Assembly: GCA_025361365.1 (NCBI GenBank) | Contig: JANYAM010000218.1 | Coordinates: forward strand, 1,642-65,641 | Length of the DNA: 64,000 nt | Direction of reading: 5' to 3' | DNA from: Opitutus sp. | Lineage (GTDB): Bacteria; Verrucomicrobiota; Verrucomicrobiia; Opitutales; Opitutaceae | Shown: in pieces, positions 39,465-50,357 of the stretch | How positions within the stretch are numbered: the first letter of the stretch is position 1 | How the letters are laid out: every line of letters starts with the position of its first letter | Notes under the pieces: generated by a model | The model's database searches: none | Told to the model about the DNA's origin: nothing | What the model saw: the letters and a program-made list of their open reading frames with translations, nothing else | Position numbers and translations under genes: made by a program

Positions 39465-40961
39465 ATGGCCACGCCCTCGCTCACCGCCAACGCGCCGGAC
39501 GTCCAGGTCGATATCCAGACGAGCTACCTCTACAACGAGGACCTCGCGCCGGTGCCGCCGTCGCGGCGCAAGTGGGGCGTGCTGAGCTTCGCGGCGCTGT
39601 GGATCTCGATGTCGGCGTGCATCCCGACCTATATGCTCGCCTCATCGCTCATTGGCGGCGGCATGAACTGGTGGCAGGCGGTGCTGACGATCTTCCTCGG
39701 CAACCTGATCGTGCTCGTGCCGATGGTGCTGAACGCGCACGCCGGCACCAAATACGGCATCCCCTTCCCCGTGCTTTGCCGCGCCTCCTTCGGCACGCGC
39801 GGCGCGAATGTCCCCGCGTTGCTCCGCGCCTTCGTCGCCTGCGGCTGGTTCGGCATCCAGACGTGGATCGGCGGCGAGGCCATCCACAAGATCCTCGCCA
39901 TCTTCATCCCGTCGCTCGCGGGCGGCACGCCGCTGCCCCTGCTCGGCATCACCGGCGTCCAGTTCGCCAGTTTCCTGTTTTTCTGGGCCATCAACATGGC
40001 GGTCGTCTACAGGGGCATCGATTCGATCCGGCTGCTCCTGAACATCAAGGCGCCCCTGCTCATCGCTCTGGGCCTGCTCCTGCTCGGGTGGGCCTACCAG
40101 AATGCCGGCGGCTTCGGACCCATCCTCTCGCAACCGTCTGCCTTCGACGCCGGCCAGGCCAAGGCGGGGCAGTTCTGGGGCTTCTTCTTCCCGGCGCTTA
40201 CCGGCATGATCGGCTTCTGGGCCACACTCTCGCTCAACATCCCGGATTTCTCGCGCTACGCCCACACCCAGCGCGACCAGGTCGTCGGCCAGGCGCTGGG
40301 GCTGCCGCTGACGATGGCGCTCTACTCCTTCATCGGCGTCGCCGTGACCTCCGCCACGACGATCATCTACGGCACGACCATCTGGGACCCGGTGGACGTG
40401 CTCACGCGCTTCAAGAACCCCGCCGTGCTCCTGCTTGCGATGGTTGCGCTGTGCATCGCCACGCTCGCGACCAACATCGCCGCCAACGTCGTGTCGCCCG
40501 CCAATGACTTCGCCCATCTCGCGCCACGCAAAATCTCGTTCCGCCTCGGTGGCTTTATTACCGGGATCGTCGGCATCCTGATGATGCCCTGGAAGCTCGT
40601 CGCCGATCCGAGCGGCTACATCTTCACCTGGCTTATCGGTTACAGCGCGCTGCTGGGGCCCATCGGCGGCATCATGATCGCCGACTACTTCGTCATCCGC
40701 CACCAGCAGCTCGACCTCAAGGCACTTTATGATCCGCACGGCCAGCACAGTTACACCAATGGTTTCAGCACGGTGGCGCTCATTGCACTCATCGTCGCGG
40801 TGCTTCCGGCGCTGCCGGGCTTCCTCGCCCAGGTGCACCTGATCGACGGCACGGGCCTGTCGCCCTTCCTGCTCGGCCTCTACAATTACGCGTGGTTCGT
40901 CGGCTTCGGCCTCGCCTTCACCGTCTATCTGGCCCTCCGGAAGCTTGCGCCCAATTCCTGA
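39465..40961 (+). CDS. NCS1-family nucleobase/hydantoin:cation symporter
   Basis: 12-TM profile. N-terminal NEDLAPVPPSRRKWG and later NIPDFSRY motifs typical of NCS1. Confidence 0.85.
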   Translation: MATPSLTANAPDVQVDIQTSYLYNEDLAPVPPSRRKWGVLSFAALWISMSACIPTYMLASSLIGGGMNWWQAVLTIFLGNLIVLVPMVLNAHAGTKYGIPFPVLCRASFGTRGANVPALLRAFVACGWFGIQTWIGGEAIHKILAIFIPSLAGGTPLPLLGITGVQFASFLFFWAINMAVVYRGIDSIRLLLNIKAPLLIALGLLLLGWAYQNAGGFGPILSQPSAFDAGQAKAGQFWGFFFPALTGMIGFWATLSLNIPDFSRYAHTQRDQVVGQALGLPLTMALYSFIGVAVTSATTIIYGTTIWDPVDVLTRFKNPAVLLLAMVALCIATLATNIAANVVSPANDFAHLAPRKISFRLGGFITGIVGILMMPWKLVADPSGYIFTWLIGYSALLGPIGGIMIADYFVIRHQQLDLKALYDPHGQHSYTNGFSTVALIALIVAVLPALPGFLAQVHLIDGTGLSPFLLGLYNYAWFVGFGLAFTVYLALRKLAPNS

Positions 40962-40970
40962 AAATACCCT

Positions 40971-41051
40971 GACAGAATGAACAAAATGAACAGAATTGAG
41001 GGTTGTTGCTTCAGGAACGAAACCCATTCTGTAAATTCTGTTCATTCTGTC
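40971..41051 (+). repeat. Intercistronic word-built hairpin (GAATGAACA words)
   Basis: GACAGAATGAACAAAATGAACAGAAT, a 29-nt loop, then ATTCTGTAAATTCTGTTCATTCTGTC. Confidence 0.6.
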
Positions 41052-41066
41052 TAAGCTCCCCCTCTT

Positions 41067-42413
41067 ATGAAGACCATCCCCCTTCCGCCCACCAGCCATA
41101 CGCCCGCGGCCTACGCCGGCCCTTCGCTCGACCAGGTGCTCGCCCAGCGCAAGCAGTTCCTCAACCCGGGCCTCTTCCTCTACTACAAGCAGCCCATCAT
41201 GATCGTCGAGGGCAGCATGCAGTATGTGTGGGACTCCACCGGCAAGCGCTACCTCGACGGCCTCGGCGGCATCGTGACGATCAGTGTCGGTCACTGTCAC
41301 CCGCACGTCGTGGCGGCGGCCAACCGCCAGAACGAAACGCTGCAGCACTCGACGACGATCTACGCCAACCCCAACATCGGCGCGTTTGCCGAGAAGCTGG
41401 CGGCCAAGATGCCCGGCGACCTCAAGGTCTGCTATTTTGTGAATTCCGGCTCGGAGGCCAACGACCTCGCCGTGCTCATGGCGCGGCTCTACACGAACAA
41501 CTACGACGTCATCGCGCTGCGCAACGCCTACCACGGCGGCAGCCCGTCGTCGATGGGCCTGACGGCGCACAGCACTTGGAAATTCAACCTGCCGCACAGC
41601 TTCGGCGTGCACCACGCCGTCACGCCCTACCCGTATCGCGGGAATTTCGGCTACGATGATCCCGACGCCGGCCGCAAGTATGCCGACGACGTCAAGAGCG
41701 TCATCGACTACACTACGCCGGGGAAGATCGCCGCGTTCATCGCCGAACCCATCCAGGGCGTCGGCGGGTTTGTCGTGCTCCCGGACGGCTACCTCAAGCA
41801 CACCTACGAGCACGTGCGCGCCGCCGGCGGCCTCTGCATCTCCGACGAGGTGCAGACGGGCTTCGGCCGGACCGGCACGCACTTCTGGGGCTTCGAGACG
41901 CACGGCGTCATCCCCGACATCGTCACCATGGCGAAAGGCATCGGCAATGGCGCGCCGCTCGCCGCCGTCGTCACCACGGCGAAAATCGCGGCCGTCATGT
42001 CGCAGAAAGTTCACTTCAACACCTTCGGCGGCAACCCCGTGGTTTCCGCGATGGGCACCGCCGTCCTCGAAGTCATTGAAAAAGAAAAGACCCAGGCCAA
42101 CTGCCTTGCGCTCGGCAACCACATCCTCGCCGGCCTCAACAAGCTGAAGGAAAAGCACAAGGTGATCGGCGATGTGCGCGGCAAGGGCCTGATGCTCGGC
42201 ATCGAGTTCGTGAAGGACCGCGCCACCAAGGAGCCGAACAAGGAAGCCTGCGCACAGGCGGTCGAGAACGCGCGCGAACTCGGCCTGCTGCTCGGCAAGG
42301 GCGGCCTCTGGGGCCAGACGATCCGCTTCGCCCCGCCGATGAACATCACGAAGGCCGACGCTGATTTCCTGCTCGCCGTGCTGGACGAGTCAATCGGCGC
42401 CGTGCCGGCCTGA
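41067..42413 (+). CDS. Class-III PLP aminotransferase (beta-alanine:pyruvate / AGXT2-like)
   Basis: [25 protein letters not shown] and TMAKGIGNG (PLP Lys) motifs. Confidence 0.85.
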   Translation: MKTIPLPPTSHTPAAYAGPSLDQVLAQRKQFLNPGLFLYYKQPIMIVEGSMQYVWDSTGKRYLDGLGGIVTISVGHCHPHVVAAANRQNETLQHSTTIYANPNIGAFAEKLAAKMPGDLKVCYFVNSGSEANDLAVLMARLYTNNYDVIALRNAYHGGSPSSMGLTAHSTWKFNLPHSFGVHHAVTPYPYRGNFGYDDPDAGRKYADDVKSVIDYTTPGKIAAFIAEPIQGVGGFVVLPDGYLKHTYEHVRAAGGLCISDEVQTGFGRTGTHFWGFETHGVIPDIVTMAKGIGNGAPLAAVVTTAKIAAVMSQKVHFNTFGGNPVVSAMGTAVLEVIEKEKTQANCLALGNHILAGLNKLKEKHKVIGDVRGKGLMLGIEFVKDRATKEPNKEACAQAVENARELGLLLGKGGLWGQTIRFAPPMNITKADADFLLAVLDESIGAVPA

Positions 42414-43568
42414 TTGCCGCGCATGGATCCCAAGCAAGTGTCGCCGGCCAGCGCCGCCGCCCAAGCCCTCGGCTGGGTGGACGAAAAAACGCGCGCCGTC
42501 TCGCCCGCCATCCACACGTCGACGACTTACCTGCGCGACGAGGACAACCAGTATCGCTCCGGCCGCGGCTACATCCGCGCCGACAATCCCTCCTTTGACC
42601 AGGCCGAGGCCCTGTTGAACCACTTGGAGCAAGGCGCCGGAGCCATGCTGTTCAGCTCGGGCATGGCCGCGGCCACGGCGGTTTTCATGTCACTCCGGCC
42701 CGGCGACCATGTCGTCGCGCCGAAGGTGATGTATTGGGGCCTGCGCAGCTGGCTACAGGGTTTCGCGAAAGACTGGGGCCTCGATGTCGAGCTAGTCGAC
42801 ACCACCGACCAGGCCGCTCTCGCCCGGGCGATATGCCCGGGAAAAACCAAGCTGGTCTGGATCGAGACGCCGGCCAATCCCACGTGGGTCATCACCGACA
42901 TCGCGGCCACGGCCAAGCTCGCCCATCAGGCCGGCGCCCGGCTCGCCGTTGACTCGACTGTTGCCACGCCGGTGCTCACTCGGCCGCTCACGCTTGGCGC
43001 CGATATCGTGATGCATGCCGCGACCAAATACCTGAACGGCCACTCCGATGTCATCGCCGGTGCCCTGGTGACGGCGAAGGATGACGAAGGATGGAAACGC
43101 CTGAAGGCCATCCGGCACGACATGGGTGCGGTGCTGGGGTCATTCGAGGCCTGGCTGCTGCTGCGCGGCATGCGGACCCTGTTCGTGCGCGTGCCGGCCG
43201 CGTGCCGCGGTGCGCAGCGGATCGCGGAACATTTTTCCAAGCACCCGAAGATCCTCGCCGTGCTCTACCCCGGCCTGCCGTCGGCCCAGGGCCATGCCGT
43301 GGCCGCGCGGGAAATGTCCGGCGGTTTCGGCGGCATGCTCTCACTTCGCGTGAAGGCCGGCGAGGCCGCGGCCGTCGCCGTCGCGGCACGCGTGCAATTG
43401 TGGAAGCGCGCGACCTCCCTCGGCGGCGTCGAGAGCCTCATCGAGCACCGCGCCAGCGTGGAAGGCCCGACCAGCCCCGTGCCGCCGGATTTGCTGCGTC
43501 TCTCGGTGGGCATTGAGGATGCCGGCGACTTGATCGCCGACCTCGAGCAGGCGCTGGCGGCGAGCTGA
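42414..43568 (+). CDS. Cys/Met-metabolism PLP enzyme (cystathionine gamma-synthase/beta-lyase family)
   Basis: HAATKYLNGHSDV PLP-lysine motif. The TTG start abuts the aminotransferase stop (ATG 42423 is the alternative). Confidence 0.8.
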   Translation: MPRMDPKQVSPASAAAQALGWVDEKTRAVSPAIHTSTTYLRDEDNQYRSGRGYIRADNPSFDQAEALLNHLEQGAGAMLFSSGMAAATAVFMSLRPGDHVVAPKVMYWGLRSWLQGFAKDWGLDVELVDTTDQAALARAICPGKTKLVWIETPANPTWVITDIAATAKLAHQAGARLAVDSTVATPVLTRPLTLGADIVMHAATKYLNGHSDVIAGALVTAKDDEGWKRLKAIRHDMGAVLGSFEAWLLLRGMRTLFVRVPAACRGAQRIAEHFSKHPKILAVLYPGLPSAQGHAVAAREMSGGFGGMLSLRVKAGEAAAVAVAARVQLWKRATSLGGVESLIEHRASVEGPTSPVPPDLLRLSVGIEDAGDLIADLEQALAAS

Positions 43569-43574
43569 GCTCCC

Positions 43575-44465
43575 TCAGGGAATCTTCAGCACCGTCCCGA
43601 TCTTCAAGTCGGTCTCGCTGCTCATGACCGCGCGATTGGCGGTGAAGATGTCACGCACCCGGCTGCGGTTGCCGTAGTATTGCTGCGAAATCTTCGAGAG
43701 TGTGTCGCCCTTCTGCACGGTGTGCGTGCGCCCCGTGGCCGCGGGTTTCGCCGTGGTCGGCGCCGGCGTTGCCGGCTTCGCAGTGGCATTGCGCGCCGGC
43801 GCCTGGGTGACGGTTCGCGCGGGGGCCGGTGCGGGCGGCGCGACCGGCCGCGTGCGGACCGTGGGAATGGTTTCCACGTTGAAGCTCAAACCCGGCGGGG
43901 CCGCGGGGCCGGCCTTCGCCGGCGCGGTCGGGCTGTCGAACCCGGGCGCGGCCACGGCGTTGCGGCCGGCCTTCACATCGGCCAGCTCCTGCTTGAGCGC
44001 CTCGTTTTCCTGCTTGAGCTTGTCGAGCGTGGCCACGAGGTCGACCCGCTGCAGCTGGTTCTCGAGTGGCTGCGCCGGCAGGGTGCGGGCAAACTCGCGG
44101 GTGGCGGCGTCGATGCGCTGGCGGACCAGCGGGGCCTGCGGGCTGTTGGGCCGGAGCGCGAGGTATTTCCGGAAATGGTAGATGGCGGAGAGCGGGTCGT
44201 TGATGTGCTGCGCGTAGAGCAGGCCGATCTCGAGGTGCGACTCCGGCGCGTCATCCCCGCGCAAATCGACGACCTTCAGGAACGCCGACAGCGCCTCCTG
44301 CCGACGGCCGGTCTTGAGCAGTGCCTGTCCCTCGCGGTAGCCGGGCTCGTCGATCTCCGCGGCGGTCTTCACCCGGTCACTGTCGGAACAACCGGCCAGC
44401 CACAGCGCGGCGACGCCCAGCAAGGGGCGCAGCAGGCGGGCAAGACGGTGGAAGGGGCGCGGCAC
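43575..44465 (-). CDS. Lipoprotein with TPR-like region, coiled-coil, Pro/Ala-rich linker and C-terminal LysM domain
   Basis: Lipobox WLAGC. C-terminal HTVQKGDTLSKISQQYYGN...LKIGTVLKIP is LysM. GTG start at 44465 was chosen; the track ORF 43575-46079 is an over-extension. Confidence 0.6.
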   Translation of the reverse strand: MPRPFHRLARLLRPLLGVAALWLAGCSDSDRVKTAAEIDEPGYREGQALLKTGRRQEALSAFLKVVDLRGDDAPESHLEIGLLYAQHINDPLSAIYHFRKYLALRPNSPQAPLVRQRIDAATREFARTLPAQPLENQLQRVDLVATLDKLKQENEALKQELADVKAGRNAVAAPGFDSPTAPAKAGPAAPPGLSFNVETIPTVRTRPVAPPAPAPARTVTQAPARNATAKPATPAPTTAKPAATGRTHTVQKGDTLSKISQQYYGNRSRVRDIFTANRAVMSSETDLKIGTVLKIP

Positions 44466-44534
44466 GGGTGGAAATGAATTGAACGAGGATACGCGACCGC
44501 TAGGTTTGCGGGAGCGTTCCGCCAACACAAGTTT

Positions 44535-45530
44535 TTGATGCCCCTCTCCGACCAGACCGTCCTCGCCCAGGCCCGCCAATGTCTCGCCATCGAGCGGGAA
44601 GCCCTGGAGGCCACGGCCAAGATCCTCGACCGGGAGTTCGTCGCCGCGGTGCGCGCGGTGGAGGCGACTGTCGCCGCGGGCCACAAGGTGATCTTCTCCG
44701 GCGTCGGCAAGAATGCCCACATCGCGGAAAAACTCACCGGCACGCTCAACAGCATCGGCGTCCCCTCCTGCTTTCTCGATCCGACCCAGGCGCTGCACGG
44801 CGACCTCGGGCTCTGCGCCGCGGGCGACCTCGCCATCCTGCTCAGCAACAGCGGCGCCACCGGCGAGATGCTGAGGCTGCTGCCGCTGTTCGAGAAATTC
44901 GGCCTCAAGACCGTTGCTCTGACCGGCGCCCCCGGCAGCGAGCTGGCGCGCGGGGCGGACTACCGGCTGCTCTACTCGGCGCCGCGCGAGGCCTGTCCCC
45001 TCGCCCTCGCCCCGACCGCCAGCACCACGGCCGCGCTCGCGCTCGGCGACGCCTTGGCAATGGTGCTGCTGGAAGGCCGCGGCCTGACCCGCGAGGACTT
45101 TGCCAAATACCACCCCGCCGGCACGCTCGGCATGACGCTCCTGCTCCGCGTGAAGGATATCATGCGCACCGGCGACGCCTGCCCGGTGCTCAAGGAGGCG
45201 AAAAGCACGGTGCAAGCCGCCATCTTTGCCATGACCAAGGCCAAGGCCGGCGCCGTGGCGCTGGTGGACGCCAAGGGCAAGCTGACCGGTATCTTCACCG
45301 ACGGCGACCTGCGCCGCAGCGCGTTGAACGGTGGCGCGGACTTTCTCAAGAAGCCCGTCGGCGGCTTCATGACCCGCGGCGGCAAAACCGTGCCGGCGGA
45401 CGCGCTGGCTGTCGAAGCCCTGAAGCTTTTCCAGCAGTTCAAGATCTCCGACCTGTTCGCCCTCGATGCCAAGGGCCGGCCCGCTGGCTACATCGATGTG
45501 CAGGACCTGCCGAAGCTGAAGATCCTGTAG
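44535..45530 (+). CDS. kdsD: Arabinose-5-phosphate isomerase (SIS domain plus CBS pair)
   Basis: [19 protein letters not shown] motif and C-terminal CBS repeats. Confidence 0.8.
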   Translation: MMPLSDQTVLAQARQCLAIEREALEATAKILDREFVAAVRAVEATVAAGHKVIFSGVGKNAHIAEKLTGTLNSIGVPSCFLDPTQALHGDLGLCAAGDLAILLSNSGATGEMLRLLPLFEKFGLKTVALTGAPGSELARGADYRLLYSAPREACPLALAPTASTTAALALGDALAMVLLEGRGLTREDFAKYHPAGTLGMTLLLRVKDIMRTGDACPVLKEAKSTVQAAIFAMTKAKAGAVALVDAKGKLTGIFTDGDLRRSALNGGADFLKKPVGGFMTRGGKTVPADALAVEALKLFQQFKISDLFALDAKGRPAGYIDVQDLPKLKIL

Positions 45531-45627
45531 GCCGGGTGATGCCGCCCTGGGCGGGCCGTTATACCTCCCGCCGGGCGCCTGTTCCGTGTTGCAGCCGGGC
45601 ACCGGCTGCCCTGTCCTTCCTCTTGCC

Positions 45628-47028
45628 ATGAACTTTCGCATCGAAACGGACACAATGGGCGAGGTGCAGGTGCCCGCCGACAAGTATTGGGGCGCCCAGA
45701 CCGAGCGCTCCCGCAACAATTTCCGCATCGGCCCGGAGGCCAGCATGCCCCGCGAGATCATCCACGCCTTCGCCGTGCTCAAGAAGGCCGCCGCCCTGGC
45801 CAACCACGAGCTCGGTGTGCTCCCCGCGGAGAAGCGCGACCTCATCGCCCGCGTCTGCGACGAGATTTCGGCCGGCAAACTCGACGACCAGTTCCCGCTC
45901 GTGATCTGGCAGACCGGCTCCGGCACGCAGAGCAACATGAACGCCAACGAGGTCATCGCCAACCGCGCCCACGTCCTGACCGGCGGCAAGCTGACCGACG
46001 CGAAGAAGGTGCTGAATCCGAACGACGACGTGAACAAGTCCCAGTCGTCGAACGACACCTTCCCCACCGCGATGCACATCGCGGCCTATGAGGTCACCGT
46101 CGCCGTCACCCTGCCCGGCCTCCAGCGCCTGCGCGACAGCCTGGCCGCCCGGTCCGCCGCCTTCGCCAAGATCGTCAAGACCGGCCGCACCCATTTCATG
46201 GACGCCACGCCGCTCACGCTTGGCCAGGAATTCAGCGGCTACGTGCAGCAACTCGACAACGGCATGCGTGCCATCCGCAACGCCCTCGAGATGATCCGCG
46301 AGCTCGCGCTCGGCGGCACCGCCGTCGGCACCGGCCTCAACACGCCCGCCGGCTACGATGTGCTCGTGGCAAAGAAAATCGCCGACCTCACCGGCCGGCC
46401 CTTCATCACCGCCCCGAACAAGTTCGAGGCACTGGCCGCTCACGACGCGATGGTCGAGCTCTCCGGCGCCCTCAAGCGCGCCGCCGTGTCGCTGATGAAA
46501 ATCGCCAACGACATCCGCATGCTCAGCTCCGGCCCGCGTTCCGGCATCGGCGAGATCGTCATCCCCGACAACGAACCCGGCTCCTCCATCATGCCCGGCA
46601 AGGTCAACCCGACCCAGCCCGAGGCCATGACGATGGTCTGCGCCCAGATCATGGGCAACGACGTGGCCGTGGGCATCGGCGGCGCCACCGGCCATTTTGA
46701 GCTCAACGTCTTCAAGCCGATCATCGCCGCCAACGTGTTGCAGAGCGCGCGGCTGCTCGGCGACGCCTGCGTGTCCTTCGCCGAGAAGTGCGCCGACGGC
46801 ATCACTGCCAACGAACCCATCATCAAGCGCCACCTCGAGAATTCGCTCATGCTCGTGACCGCCCTCAACCCGCACATCGGCTACGCGAAGGCGGCCGAGA
46901 TCGCCAAGAAGGCGCACAAGGAAAACACAACGTTGAAGGCCGCCGCGATCAAGCTCGGCTATGTCACCGCCGAACAGTTCGACGCCTGGGTGCGGCCCGA
47001 GGATATGACCGGTTCACTGAAGGCATAA
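45628..47028 (+). CDS. fumC: Class II fumarate hydratase
   Basis: [16 protein letters not shown] signature. Start at ATG 45628 ([16 protein letters not shown]). Confidence 0.95.
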   Translation: MNFRIETDTMGEVQVPADKYWGAQTERSRNNFRIGPEASMPREIIHAFAVLKKAAALANHELGVLPAEKRDLIARVCDEISAGKLDDQFPLVIWQTGSGTQSNMNANEVIANRAHVLTGGKLTDAKKVLNPNDDVNKSQSSNDTFPTAMHIAAYEVTVAVTLPGLQRLRDSLAARSAAFAKIVKTGRTHFMDATPLTLGQEFSGYVQQLDNGMRAIRNALEMIRELALGGTAVGTGLNTPAGYDVLVAKKIADLTGRPFITAPNKFEALAAHDAMVELSGALKRAAVSLMKIANDIRMLSSGPRSGIGEIVIPDNEPGSSIMPGKVNPTQPEAMTMVCAQIMGNDVAVGIGGATGHFELNVFKPIIAANVLQSARLLGDACVSFAEKCADGITANEPIIKRHLENSLMLVTALNPHIGYAKAAEIAKKAHKENTTLKAAAIKLGYVTAEQFDAWVRPEDMTGSLKA

Positions 47029-47031
47029 AAA

Positions 47032-47051
47032 AGCCCGCCGTCAGGCGGGCT
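47032..47051. terminator. Hairpin terminator shared by convergent fumC and the anti-sigma gene
   Basis: AGCCCGCC-gtca-GGCGGGCT, flanked by AAAAAA on the plus strand (a T-run on the minus strand). Confidence 0.55.
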
Positions 47052-47073
47052 GGGAGGACGAGTGCGGGCCCGG

Positions 47074-47904
47074 TCAGAACCGGAGCGCCACGATTTGCGG
47101 CATGGTCCGCACAAAGGCATCCGCGTCCCGGGTCAGGCGATTGCTCCGGTCGCTGGTTTCCGGTTCACCGAGGCGGCGGGCCAGGCGCTCACGCACGACG
47201 GCGGGCGGAAGCGGCTCCGGGTTGAGCTGCCGGCCGCCATACGAGGCGAGGAGCTGGTTGCGGCGCGTGGCGTTGGTCGGAACGGAGGCAAGTTCATCGC
47301 TGGTGGCGACGGTTTCCACGCGAGCCGGCGTGCTCAGGCGATTACCCAGGGCCGCCCCGGAAAAATCAGCATCGGATTGCTCGAGCGTGGCGGAGTTGTT
47401 GGCGAGAAGACGGGCCGAGGGTTTCTCGGTCTCGCGCGGGGCGATCAAGAGAGGCATCAGCTCGACGACCTCGGCGGGACCCGTCGTCGGTGCGGCCGCC
47501 GCAGCCACCACGGTGACTTCATCCCGGGCCGACGTGATCGATTCACTGCGATTGACCAAGGAGGAACTGACCGGGCTGGACGACAACGCCATCCCGTGAT
47601 CCACGGCCGCGGAAGGATTGGCCGCCGGGACCGGGACCTGCGCCAGCTGGGCCGGCACGTAGAATTTCACCGAGACCAACGTAAACGCGAGAATGGCGGT
47701 GGCTCCCACCGGCAGATAGGCCCGCCGGGCCAGGATCTGCGGCAGTTCCTGCCACCACGGGCGCTTCTCCAGCAGGGCGGTGAGCTGCTTCTGGCGCAGC
47801 TCGCGCTCGAAATTGGTCCAGAACTCCGCCGCGGGACGCTCGGCGCGCTTGAGGCGCAGGAGGTCCTCGATGGTCACTTTGGGGCGTTGATCGAGTTCGG
47901 GCAT
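47074..47904 (-). CDS. Membrane protein co-transcribed with the ECF sigma factor (putative anti-sigma factor)
   Basis: 4-nt gap to the sigma gene. One TM helix (YLPVGATAILAFTLVSVKFY). Function inferred from position only. Confidence 0.4.
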   Translation of the reverse strand: MPELDQRPKVTIEDLLRLKRAERPAAEFWTNFERELRQKQLTALLEKRPWWQELPQILARRAYLPVGATAILAFTLVSVKFYVPAQLAQVPVPAANPSAAVDHGMALSSSPVSSSLVNRSESITSARDEVTVVAAAAAPTTGPAEVVELMPLLIAPRETEKPSARLLANNSATLEQSDADFSGAALGNRLSTPARVETVATSDELASVPTNATRRNQLLASYGGRQLNPEPLPPAVVRERLARRLGEPETSDRSNRLTRDADAFVRTMPQIVALRF

Positions 47905-47908
47905 GGGT

Positions 47909-48541
47909 TCAGGAGCGGAGATACTTGCCGAGTTCGCCTTGCAGAAACTGCTTGGCGTAGTGAAGACGTGAGCGGACGGTGCCTTCGGAGCAGCCCATTA
48001 CTTCGGCAATTTCGGAGTGGCTGAGGCCGTCGATCTCAAAAAGAGTAATCACAGTTCGGTGTGGGATAGACAATTTTTGGAGCGCTTCGTTCAATTTTTC
48101 CTTAAGCTCCTGTAGGTAGGTGTCCCTATCAGCTCCTTTTTTATCAGTCAGCTGTTCAAGGATTTGCGCATTAGTGCCATCCTCGTGCAGCTTCTCCAGG
48201 CTGAAAAAGCTGCGCAAACGGTTCTTCCGCAGGTGGCTCAGGGTGGTGTTGACCGCGATCTTGTAGAGCCACGTAAAGAAGGCGCAATGGCCCTGAAACC
48301 GGTTGATGGACTGAAAGGCCTTGATGAACGCGTCCTGAGTCAGGTCCGCAGCGTCCTCCCGGTTGGCCGTGAGATTGTAAACCACCCCGAAGACCCGCTC
48401 CCGGTATTTCAGGATCAGGCGGTCGAAAGCGGCGACATCGCCCGCCTGCACCTGTTTCACCACCGCAAAATCCGCGTCGGCCTCCTGCTGGCGCTCGGGG
48501 GAGCTTATGATGGCCTTGGTGAAAACCTTGGACAGATTCAT
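47909..48541 (-). CDS. ECF-type RNA polymerase sigma-70 family factor
   Basis: Region 2 (DLTQDAFIKAF...FFTWLYKIAVN) and region 4 HTH (LSHSEIAEVMGCSEGTVRSRLHYA). Confidence 0.85.
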   Translation of the reverse strand: MNLSKVFTKAIISSPERQQEADADFAVVKQVQAGDVAAFDRLILKYRERVFGVVYNLTANREDAADLTQDAFIKAFQSINRFQGHCAFFTWLYKIAVNTTLSHLRKNRLRSFFSLEKLHEDGTNAQILEQLTDKKGADRDTYLQELKEKLNEALQKLSIPHRTVITLFEIDGLSHSEIAEVMGCSEGTVRSRLHYAKQFLQGELGKYLRS

Positions 48542-48589
48542 CGCGCGGAGTGACAGGCTAGAGCAACGTTGGAGCCAGGCAAATGCAAA

Positions 48590-49633
48590 TTACGGCGAAA
48601 CGGTTGTGGCCGACAGCGCCCCCACCTGTTTCTGCAGCATTTCACCCAGCTGGAGCATCAACGGCACCGGCGTCAGCCGCGTAAAAGGCGCCAGCGCCTC
48701 GCGCGCCACCGCCAATTCCTCGTCGATGGCCCGCACCACGCCTCCCGCGATACCCAGTTCCTGCATGCGTTGCTTGCTGGCGGACAGGCCCAGGGGGTGC
48801 CCACCCCGCAAGGCCGCCACCATGACCGCGCGCTCGTCGGCCGATACGCGCTCAAGCAACAGCATCAGCGGGAGCGTGAGCTTGCCGGTGGCCAAGTCGG
48901 TCCCGAGCGTCTTGCCGATGCGTTTTTCTTCGCCGACGAAGTCCACCAAATCGTCATAGATCTGGTAGGCGATGCCCAGGTGGTGGCCGAAGCGGTCGGC
49001 CGCCTGGGCGAACGCCGGGTCATGGCCGGACAGGCGGGCGCCGAGAAAGCACGATACGCGGAAAAGCTCGGCCGTCTTCAGGTCGATCATGCGCCGGTAT
49101 TCCGCGAGCGAGATGTTGATGTCGCGCCGGCGCAGGGTCTGCATGATCTCGCCCGAGCAGACCTTGCGGGTGGATTCCGACACGAGCCGGCAGACCTCGG
49201 TCGTCGGGAACTGCGAGGCAATGTGCAGGGCTTGGGAAAAAAGCGCGTCGCCCAGCAGCACGGCCGCATCGGGCCCGAATTCCCGCGCCGCGGTGCGGCG
49301 GCTGCGGCGGATCTCGGCGCGGTCCATGATGTCGTCATGCACCAGCGTGGCGAGGTGCACCATCTCGACCACCCCGGCGGCCCGCACCAGGTCATCCGAC
49401 ACGACGCCTTCGCCCTGCCAGCCGCTCACGAACACCATCGTCGGGCGCAAGCGCTTGCCGGAAGTGTCGAGGCAATAGGCGGCCATGTCGCGGATCTCGG
49501 GCTCAAAGTGCTCCACCTCGCGGCGCATGAAGCCGTCGAGCGCCGCCATGTGCGGTCCCACGCGCTCAAAAAGCTCGGAGAAATCCCGCGGCGGCGGGAG
49601 CGGCATGCTGGGGGGCGTCACAACGCGGGCCAT
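48590..49633 (-). CDS. Polyprenyl diphosphate synthase (IspB-like)
   Basis: Asp-rich motifs LVHDDIMD and IYDDLVDF. Start uncertain (49633 or 49681). Confidence 0.8.
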   Translation of the reverse strand: MARVVTPPSMPLPPPRDFSELFERVGPHMAALDGFMRREVEHFEPEIRDMAAYCLDTSGKRLRPTMVFVSGWQGEGVVSDDLVRAAGVVEMVHLATLVHDDIMDRAEIRRSRRTAAREFGPDAAVLLGDALFSQALHIASQFPTTEVCRLVSESTRKVCSGEIMQTLRRRDINISLAEYRRMIDLKTAELFRVSCFLGARLSGHDPAFAQAADRFGHHLGIAYQIYDDLVDFVGEEKRIGKTLGTDLATGKLTLPLMLLLERVSADERAVMVAALRGGHPLGLSASKQRMQELGIAGGVVRAIDEELAVAREALAPFTRLTPVPLMLQLGEMLQKQVGALSATTVSP

Positions 49634-49725
49634 CAGGCCGAAGCTAGGCGGGTCGTCCGAAATGGCTAACAAATACTGCACGGCAGTCTTGCCATGAATG
49701 GGGGCGCTAACCTTTGGTTAAGGCC

Positions 49726-50340
49726 ATGGGACAGGACAACCCCTGGTTGCTCGCCGGCATGATCCTCGCCGGGGGCGCGGTCGCCAAGTGGTGGGCCGAC
49801 GATTACCGCTCCGCCCGGACGGGCCGGATTCGGCCGGGCGTTTTTCCCGGGGCGACGCCGGCCACCGGCCGCATGCTCCTCCTTGCGGCCAGCGGGGCCT
49901 TGGTGCTGCTGGCGGGCGAAACTGCGGGAGAACACGCGCTGGGGCTGACGGCGCAACAAAGCCGGATGACCGTCCTGTTCGGGCTCTATACGGTGACCGC
50001 GGCCTTCCTGGAAGAGCTGGTTTTCCGCGGCTACCTCGTCGTGGAGCAGCGCGGCCGCGGCCCGCTGATCGCAGGCGTGATCGGGGCCTCCTTGGGTTTC
50101 GCCCTGCTGCATCCGTTTTTCTGGGAATGGCGCGACGGGACCCTCCGGTGGCAAGGCGGGGCCAAGGCGTGGTTCAGCACCACCGCGATTTTCGCCGGCT
50201 CCCTGTGGTTTTACGCGGTGCGCTTCGTGCCGGGCAACCCGACGCGCTCGCTGCTGCCGTGCGTGGCGGCGCATCTGGCCAAAAACCTGGGCGTCTTCGC
50301 CATCAAATACGCCGAGGGGTTCGTGAGCGACTGGTGGTAG
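49726..50340 (+). CDS. CPBP-family intramembrane glutamic endopeptidase
   Basis: EELVFRGYL, FALLHPFF and AAHLAKNL motifs. Confidence 0.7.
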   Translation: MGQDNPWLLAGMILAGGAVAKWWADDYRSARTGRIRPGVFPGATPATGRMLLLAASGALVLLAGETAGEHALGLTAQQSRMTVLFGLYTVTAAFLEELVFRGYLVVEQRGRGPLIAGVIGASLGFALLHPFFWEWRDGTLRWQGGAKAWFSTTAIFAGSLWFYAVRFVPGNPTRSLLPCVAAHLAKNLGVFAIKYAEGFVSDWW

Positions 50341-50357
50341 CCGCCAGCCCAAGAAAA

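Noticed and set aside
43575-46079. 834-aa ORF as a single gene
   Set aside because: Only the C-terminal ~297 aa (lipobox, TPR-like region, LysM) look real. The upstream part is antisense to kdsD and the fumC start.
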